From an uncultured Candidatus Saccharibacteria bacterium (lineage in GTDB: Bacteria; Patescibacteriota; Saccharimonadia; Saccharimonadales; UBA7683), in the NCBI GenBank assembly GCA_964397855.1, contig CAYNKQ010000001.1, positions 104,046-160,635 of the forward strand: a DNA stretch of 56,590 bases, written 5' to 3'. Made by a program: the position numbers and the translations under genes. Numbering within the stretch: position 1 is the stretch's first letter; each line of letters begins with the position of its first letter. The notes beneath the pieces were generated by a model, which saw only the letters and a list, made by a program, of their open reading frames with translations, made no database searches and was not told the DNA's origin. Below are positions 51,397 to 56,590 of this stretch, piece by piece.

Positions 51397-52296
51397 ATGA
51401 GTAGTCATCCAGAATCTGGTATTGATCCTCGAAGCAAGGTACCCCAAGAAGTACTGCCTAATCCTGTCTCGCGGGAAGAGCAAATAGCCAGTATGGGGCC
51501 TGACGAACTGGCGCAAGCACGCCGTGAAGATCGGGAGAGTGACCTCGACTACATTCCTAGGTCAATAGAGGTCGATGACACGACAACTAAGTCATCTTCA
51601 CCAGCTACTAAAATGATCTCCTCGGCTGCGGTTGCTGCAACTGTTGGGGCCCAGCCGTTACTTCCTCCTGCCGAGACTGTCTCAGGTGCACAAGATTCGC
51701 CCGAACAGCAATCCAACTCGGCAGAGGCTGAAGCCAAACTTCCTGCTCGAACGACTGCTTTTTTGAATGTTCACCTCGATTATGCTCGAAGCAATGAAGA
51801 ACGCGACGCCGACGGTAACTTAACCAAAACGGCACAAGCTGCATGGGATAGGTTTGACAACAGCATAAGTAAATTTATAGAACGTAACGGCTTTGCTGGA
51901 TTAGCCAGGGTTGATGCCGAAGTTACGCAAGCCTACATTACTCGCTTTATGGAGGCACAGGGTCAGAGGCCAGTAGAAAGAGATCTCCTGAGCGCTATTG
52001 GAAACCTTGACCCCGTTACCATAAAGCTGTTCGCGGACTTGTACGAAAAAGCAAACGGCATAGCTGCGGTTGAAGCGGAGTTGCCTGCCAGTATCCTTGA
52101 AGTTCATTACGATGTTGAAGACCAGCCAGACATAATTGATCCGCGGATACTGATTATAGATCACCTAGGGCGCCCTATATCAGTTTTAGATGAAGATGGA
52201 GAAGTTAAGGGCATTCACGATGTACCTGATTTAGACTTCCCCGATCCCGATGATGACAGAGTGGGCAAGCCGCGCCACAAAGACCATGCTGCCTAA
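51397..52296 (+). CDS. Hypothetical acidic protein with a disordered N-terminal half
   Basis: 299-aa ORF with a leaderless promoter upstream and a terminator downstream. No recognisable motifs. Confidence 0.65.
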   Translation: MSSHPESGIDPRSKVPQEVLPNPVSREEQIASMGPDELAQARREDRESDLDYIPRSIEVDDTTTKSSSPATKMISSAAVAATVGAQPLLPPAETVSGAQDSPEQQSNSAEAEAKLPARTTAFLNVHLDYARSNEERDADGNLTKTAQAAWDRFDNSISKFIERNGFAGLARVDAEVTQAYITRFMEAQGQRPVERDLLSAIGNLDPVTIKLFADLYEKANGIAAVEAELPASILEVHYDVEDQPDIIDPRILIIDHLGRPISVLDEDGEVKGIHDVPDLDFPDPDDDRVGKPRHKDHAA

Positions 52297-52312
52297 GCTT
52301 GATACTAAGTAA

Positions 52313-52345
52313 AAATACTGCCAGCTGAGGCAGTATTTATATTTT
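52313..52345 (+). terminator. Rho-independent terminator
   Basis: ATACTGCC (52315-52322) pairs with GGCAGTAT (52329-52336) and is followed by TTATATTTT. Confidence 0.75.
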
Positions 52346-52589
52346 GAGCTAGATTGTGTGGTGGAGATTGGCTAACCTTATTTGAAACTCGCCCACTAGA
52401 GGATATTCTAGCAGACATAGCCGAGGGCTGGGATAGTACACGCCGTTGCATGGGTAGGGTCAGAGCTAGTGCATTTACTGAGGTTAGCTATGTACTCTAA
52501 GGTGGCTAGGAGTATAAGACGAAAGCGTTTGAAACAGTATGGTGGTTAGCGCCATCTAAAAGATAGAAAAATGGTATAATTCTACTTAA

Positions 52590-53105
52590 ATGACAGAAGT
52601 AAAACATACGACAAAAGAGGCAGATGAGATACTAGCAGGCGCATCAGATTATGCATCTGGTGAGTTTGCGGGTACAAATCTGTCCGACAAGCATAAAGAA
52701 ATATTTGTTGCAGCAAGGACAGAACGCCGCATAAGAATTAGTGGTGATAAAGCTGCGCAAGAATATTACAAAGAAACTGGGCGACACTTTGATAACGATA
52801 ACGGAACTGAGGCTTATATTCGTATCACCGCGATGGCTTTTGTATATGCTATTCTCGCTTTGCTAGTAAACCTAATCCTGTATCTACCAGTAAACTATCT
52901 GGTTAAATCGTGGGGAGGTGCTAACAGCCACGATGCTGTATATATCACCATTATAATAAGTACAGTAATTAGCACTATTCTTGCAGGTATTAGTTCCGAA
53001 ATCAGCACGAAACGCAAAGCGTTTATAGCTGGAATGAATGCAGAGGCAACTGACCGCGTAGTTGGCGAATATCACGATGCAACTACGAAGTTACATCGGA
53101 AATAG
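52590..53105 (+). CDS. Hypothetical membrane protein (soluble N-domain + 2 TM)
   Basis: 171 aa with TMs ITAMAFVYAILALLVNLILYLPV and VYITIIISTVISTILAGISS. TGgTATAAT lies 9 nt before the ATG. Confidence 0.65.
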   Translation: MTEVKHTTKEADEILAGASDYASGEFAGTNLSDKHKEIFVAARTERRIRISGDKAAQEYYKETGRHFDNDNGTEAYIRITAMAFVYAILALLVNLILYLPVNYLVKSWGGANSHDAVYITIIISTVISTILAGISSEISTKRKAFIAGMNAEATDRVVGEYHDATTKLHRK

Positions 53106-53185
53106 CTAGCGTGTCGCCAACAGGCGTAATAAGAGTACGAGCAATCATTTACTGGTTCTCAGGTGTTTGAACATATAATGGGTTT

Positions 53186-53983
53186 ATGGCTAAGAAAAAA
53201 GTATATGGAAAATGTAGGATTTGCGGTGAGGAAAAGCAACTCACCCAAGAACACTACATACCCCGCGCAGCTGGTGGTGGTACAAAGAGGACGCTTTATA
53301 GTGGCGATGAGCTAATCAAGACACTGCACAAAGATGAGGACGGTAATGACTATAAACCGCGCGGCAAAATTAAACAAAATGGACTTTCTGACTATTCCTT
53401 ATGCAAGGAGTGCAATGAGCTATCAGGCATTCTATACGATAAAGATTTCGCCGAGTTTTATAAGCGCATTCACTATGTGATAACCTCGTCAACCGAAATC
53501 CCTAAAGGCGTAAACATAGATGAATATCTTGATAAAAAAGTTGCAACAATAGTACTGAAAGATATTAAGCCGTTTAATATCGCCAAGCGTATGCTGGTGT
53601 CCTTTTGTACTATTGAACACGCTGGGCTTACAGACCGGCAGACAGAGATAAGGAAGGCTATCTTAGATAAAGACTACCAACCAAACACCGATAACTTTGC
53701 TTTATATATGAGCCTACACCTAGGTAATAGTGCCTTTTATGGTACGGTTGCCGCATTAAAGAATGTAGGTGGCAGGCATTTCAGTCAGGTTTATGCAGGG
53801 ATTGAGAGTGAGCTGGTAGCGTTCTATTATTCTGCGGATAAGGATACAAAAGCCGTGGGATTAGACAACTGTACTGATATTACGCCGTGGCTTACGCGAT
53901 ATAAATATGACCAAATAGCCACGATAAAGCTAGAGTTAATGTTTAATAAATCGTTAATGATACGCTTTCCAATAAGCTCATAA
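53186..53983 (+). CDS. HNH endonuclease-family protein (HNH_5-like N-terminus + unknown C-terminal domain)
   Basis: GKCRICGEEKQLTQEHYIPRAAGGG...(about 40 aa)...LCKECNELSG gives CxxC...EH..P...CxxCN, a beta-beta-alpha-metal finger. About 170 aa of C-terminal domain is unassigned. TATAAT lies 6 nt before the ATG. Confidence 0.7.
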   Translation: MAKKKVYGKCRICGEEKQLTQEHYIPRAAGGGTKRTLYSGDELIKTLHKDEDGNDYKPRGKIKQNGLSDYSLCKECNELSGILYDKDFAEFYKRIHYVITSSTEIPKGVNIDEYLDKKVATIVLKDIKPFNIAKRMLVSFCTIEHAGLTDRQTEIRKAILDKDYQPNTDNFALYMSLHLGNSAFYGTVAALKNVGGRHFSQVYAGIESELVAFYYSADKDTKAVGLDNCTDITPWLTRYKYDQIATIKLELMFNKSLMIRFPISS

Positions 53984-54168
53984 TCTACACAAACAAAGCG
54001 GGGGGTATGTCCCTCCACCTCTGTTAAATTGGCACTCCGCTGTCTAAATACCTAATTTTCGGGCGTAATTCTGCCATCGTTTTTTTGGCAAAAATAGGGA
54101 GTACCGAATTTTTGTCTCTCTGTCTCAAATGACCAACTTTTTAGCAAATACTAAGCTATAATTGCCAT

Positions 54169-54636
54169 ATGAATGAAGTAATTTTAGAAACCAAGACCTT
54201 TTCCGTAGAAGTACCAGAGAAACCTTTTGTAGACCGTGAGGATGGTGGGCATTTAAGGATTATGTCTAATATAAAGGTTAAAGATAGAACTGAGCTTAAT
54301 GCCGAGCAGACCGTAGAGTACGCCTTACTCTCAGAGGTTGTCGGAAAAGCTCTTGAGCTTGCGATGACTAAACGAGGCATTGATATTGGTAATGTTAACT
54401 GGCAGGAGATGGGAAACTGGAGCGTGTTTAAACCCGAGGGCATAACACTGCATATGCATATATTTGGACGAGCTAAAAACGCAAGAACGCAAAAGTATGG
54501 TGAGGCAGTGAAGCTACCTTTTCGGGATACAGGGTTTTATGATGACTTTGAAAAACTAAATCAAGATGATGTATCGGCAATAAAACAAGAGATTGCAGAA
54601 CTACTCAAGGTAGAAAAATACCAGTCGCTAAGTTAA
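54169..54636 (+). CDS. HIT (histidine triad)-like nucleotide hydrolase/transferase
   Basis: GITLHMHIFGR matches the H-phi-H-phi-H-phi-phi histidine triad. The N-terminal FSVEVPEKPFVDREDGGHLRI resembles the HIT nucleotide-binding strand. TATAAT lies 6 nt before the ATG. Confidence 0.65.
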   Translation: MNEVILETKTFSVEVPEKPFVDREDGGHLRIMSNIKVKDRTELNAEQTVEYALLSEVVGKALELAMTKRGIDIGNVNWQEMGNWSVFKPEGITLHMHIFGRAKNARTQKYGEAVKLPFRDTGFYDDFEKLNQDDVSAIKQEIAELLKVEKYQSLS

Positions 54637-55007
54637 TCGCTCAGTGCGTTATACTAAGATTACATATTAACAACTCCACCTTTTATGTAGCTGTATAGCG
54701 GAACGGACCGCGCAAAAAACGGGCAGCAATAACGCATAAAATGTAAGAATACGAGGACGGCTCGGCAAAAAACGGACTTATCTGTGGGCTAACGCGCCAT
54801 ATGACACTACCTAGTGTTTATGGCTTGGGAGTTTCAAGCCGTGAGTACCGTTTCTCAACAAGAGCAAGAAGTAGGCAGTTTTGTAGAGCTAATTAAAGTT
54901 TTGCAAGAAATAGATACATCAAGTCCAAAAGCCAAAATTAACGAGCAGTCCATAGACGATAATAACGGTGGACGCATCATCTTATAGTCAATGGTAGAAT
55001 TGGCTGT

Positions 55008-56579
55008 ATGTACGATGAGCAGGAGCTAGACCTAAGAACGCTTAAATATGTGCTGTACCTGCGTAAGTCCACTGAGGATGAGGGCAGGCAGATTAGGTCT
55101 ATTAAAGACCAAGAGCAGGATTGTAGAGACTTAGCTAAACGCTTAGGGCTAACTATCGTTGACACCATATCTGAGCAAAAATCGGCAAAGAAACCAAACA
55201 ACCGCCCTGAGTTTACCAATATGCTAAAGCGCATCAGGGCTAAAGAGTTTGATGGCATTATTGCTTGGCATCCCGACCGACTTGCCAGAAATATGGTTGA
55301 GGCGGGCAAAATTATTCATATGCTTGATACGGATGTTATTAAAGATATTCGTTTTGTTTCGCATCAGTTTTCAAACGATGCAAACGGCAAAATGCTTTTG
55401 GGTATGCTGTTTGTATTTAGCAAGCACTATTCCGATGACTTATCTAGCAAGGTTACGCGCGGGGTAAGGGGTAACTTGCGCGACTATAAATCAGGTGGCA
55501 CGCCAAAACACGGCTATATACGCGACACTGAGGGCATCTACCGCAAAGACGGCGATAACTTCACCATCATACAGACGGCGTGGCAGATGCGGGCTAAGGG
55601 CGTAAACCAGCAAGAGATTTGCGACTACATAAACTCTCAGGGCTATCAAAAGTTCATAGCCAAACGCGGCGGTCATACTACATTTACGATGGCTGACAGT
55701 ACGCTGAGCAACTTATTCAAAGACACCTTTTATTATGGTGAGCTAAACCAAGCTGGTCAGACCATTGACTTAATAACAGCGCCAGTACCATTTGAGCCAA
55801 TGATTGACCGAGATACATTCTTTATGGTCCAAGAGCTTAGCAGAACTAGGCGGCGTGCTAGCAAGAAAAACCGTAAGCCAATCTTGCCACTTCGCTATAT
55901 GGTTTATTGCGATGTATGTAAGTTTGATAAACCGATGCAAGTCGGACGCACGCGAGGCAGGGATAAAGTTCATCGCCTCAACTATGCTTGCCTAAATAAG
56001 GATTGTCCGAGAGAAAGGGGCTACAAGAGCATTCGCGGCAAGCTGGTGTTTAGCGAGATTGATAGAGTAATAAAAGAGAAACTGCTCAGCTTGCCTGATA
56101 GCGCATACGATGAGTACCTCAAAGAGATTAAATCTTATAGCGATACAGCCAAAACAAAGTTGCGCTCTGACCTTAGTAGAGCAAGGACAACTAAAGCTGG
56201 TTATGAAAAGAAAATAGCAGAGTTGTCGCCAAGCCTATCAATCATAAAAGACGAACGCGCCCTGCAAACCATCACCGAGCAGATTGGCGAGGCATCGCAA
56301 ATCGTACAACAGCAAGAGCAACTTATTGAGAAATATCAGAGGAGTATTGAGCGCAGCACCTTGCCTGCCATTGATAAAGATGAGTTTAAGGCTACCCTAA
56401 AAGAAATGGCTCAAAAGCTCAAAGCTGCCGATGTGGTTCAAAAGGACATCATTGTCAGTAATTTGTTTTTGAAACTCTATTTTGACCAACAAAAAATGAC
56501 GCATTACTCCTTTAAAGAGCCAGTTGCGTCATTAGTTGCGTTACCGTCATTCCAAACTGGTGGGGGCGCCTGGACTTGA
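55008..56579 (+). CDS. Large serine recombinase / integrase
   Basis: Resolvase catalytic domain YVLYLRKSTEDE...(catalytic Ser)...GIIAWHPDRLARN. Recombinase domain GGTPKHGYI. Zn ribbon YCDVCKF...YACLNKDCP. Coiled-coil C-terminus. TGgTAGAAT lies 7 nt before the ATG. Confidence 0.9.
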   Translation: MYDEQELDLRTLKYVLYLRKSTEDEGRQIRSIKDQEQDCRDLAKRLGLTIVDTISEQKSAKKPNNRPEFTNMLKRIRAKEFDGIIAWHPDRLARNMVEAGKIIHMLDTDVIKDIRFVSHQFSNDANGKMLLGMLFVFSKHYSDDLSSKVTRGVRGNLRDYKSGGTPKHGYIRDTEGIYRKDGDNFTIIQTAWQMRAKGVNQQEICDYINSQGYQKFIAKRGGHTTFTMADSTLSNLFKDTFYYGELNQAGQTIDLITAPVPFEPMIDRDTFFMVQELSRTRRRASKKNRKPILPLRYMVYCDVCKFDKPMQVGRTRGRDKVHRLNYACLNKDCPRERGYKSIRGKLVFSEIDRVIKEKLLSLPDSAYDEYLKEIKSYSDTAKTKLRSDLSRARTTKAGYEKKIAELSPSLSIIKDERALQTITEQIGEASQIVQQQEQLIEKYQRSIERSTLPAIDKDEFKATLKEMAQKLKAADVVQKDIIVSNLFLKLYFDQQKMTHYSFKEPVASLVALPSFQTGGGAWT

Positions 56580-56590
56580 ACCAGGGACCA
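56558..56590 (-). tRNA. 3' portion of a tRNA gene (5' part outside the window; identity unknown)
   Basis: The minus strand reads tggtc-CCTGG-TTCAAGT-CCAGG-CGCCCCC-A-CCA. That is variable loop, 5-bp T stem, canonical T loop, 7-nt acceptor strand, discriminator A and an encoded CCA. Confidence 0.75.

Larger units (their letters stand above)
52297..56579 (+). mobile_element. Putative integrated islet carried by a large serine recombinase (left boundary uncertain)
   Basis: The recombinase gene at the right end runs 22 nt into a tRNA 3' end. The cargo consists of unrelated accessory genes, each with its own leaderless promoter. The left end could be anywhere between 50958 and 52589. Confidence 0.4.

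Noticed and set aside
54820-54987. 55-aa ORF (MAWEFQAVSTVSQQEQEV...) upstream of the recombinase, below the ORF-track cutoff
   Set aside because: It has no SD, only a weak -10-like element and no recognisable motif. It could be a small excisionase or regulator-like gene, but support is insufficient to annotate it.
1-56590. Search for CRISPR arrays, IS elements or transposases, rRNA genes and long inverted or direct repeats
   Set aside because: By-eye inspection found no regularly spaced short repeats, no DDE or IS-type ORFs and no rRNA-like conserved blocks. The only repeats are the coding repeats and the hairpin pair listed above.

Overview
This 56.6-kb chromosomal segment looks like a small-genome, monoderm-type bacterium. 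The window holds many secreted or membrane-anchored surface proteins, isolated salvage genes such as pyrB, a PhnN-like kinase and NUDIX hydrolases, little biosynthesis, and many leaderless promoters. That mix fits a Patescibacteria/CPR (Saccharibacteria-like) epibiont, but the taxonomy is inference only. I support about 58 protein genes, one partial tRNA, one riboswitch-like leader, one gene remnant and several promoters and terminators. I saw no rRNA, CRISPR array or transposase. Recognisable housekeeping genes are aspS, pyrB, nadD-like, trmB, murC-like and a cysteine-free MutY-like glycosylase. Others are an L,D-transpeptidase, a DsbA-like oxidoreductase, MscS, a CPA2/RCK antiporter and a GltS-like symporter. 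There is also a Ni-superoxide dismutase with its maturation protease, and an OmpR/HisKA pair next to a MacB-type ABC transporter. Four regions deserve a second look. (1) 1-5906 is a tandemly duplicated surface module: a secreted protein with paired cysteines plus a C-terminally anchored Ig-like partner, with a third paralog cut by the window edge. (2) 18.95-19.3 kb is a structured leader with a cobalamin-riboswitch-like core and a terminator that sequesters the SD, upstream of an unknown 545-aa Zn-ribbon protein. (3) 40.6-46.1 kb is a tight seven-gene minus-strand operon of tail-fibre-like, LamG and repeat-rich proteins with no other phage genes nearby. (4) 51.3-56.6 kb is an islet ending in a large serine recombinase that overlaps a tRNA 3' end, carrying a membrane protein, an HNH nuclease and a HIT protein. 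All family assignments come from motif recognition by eye; no database search was run.
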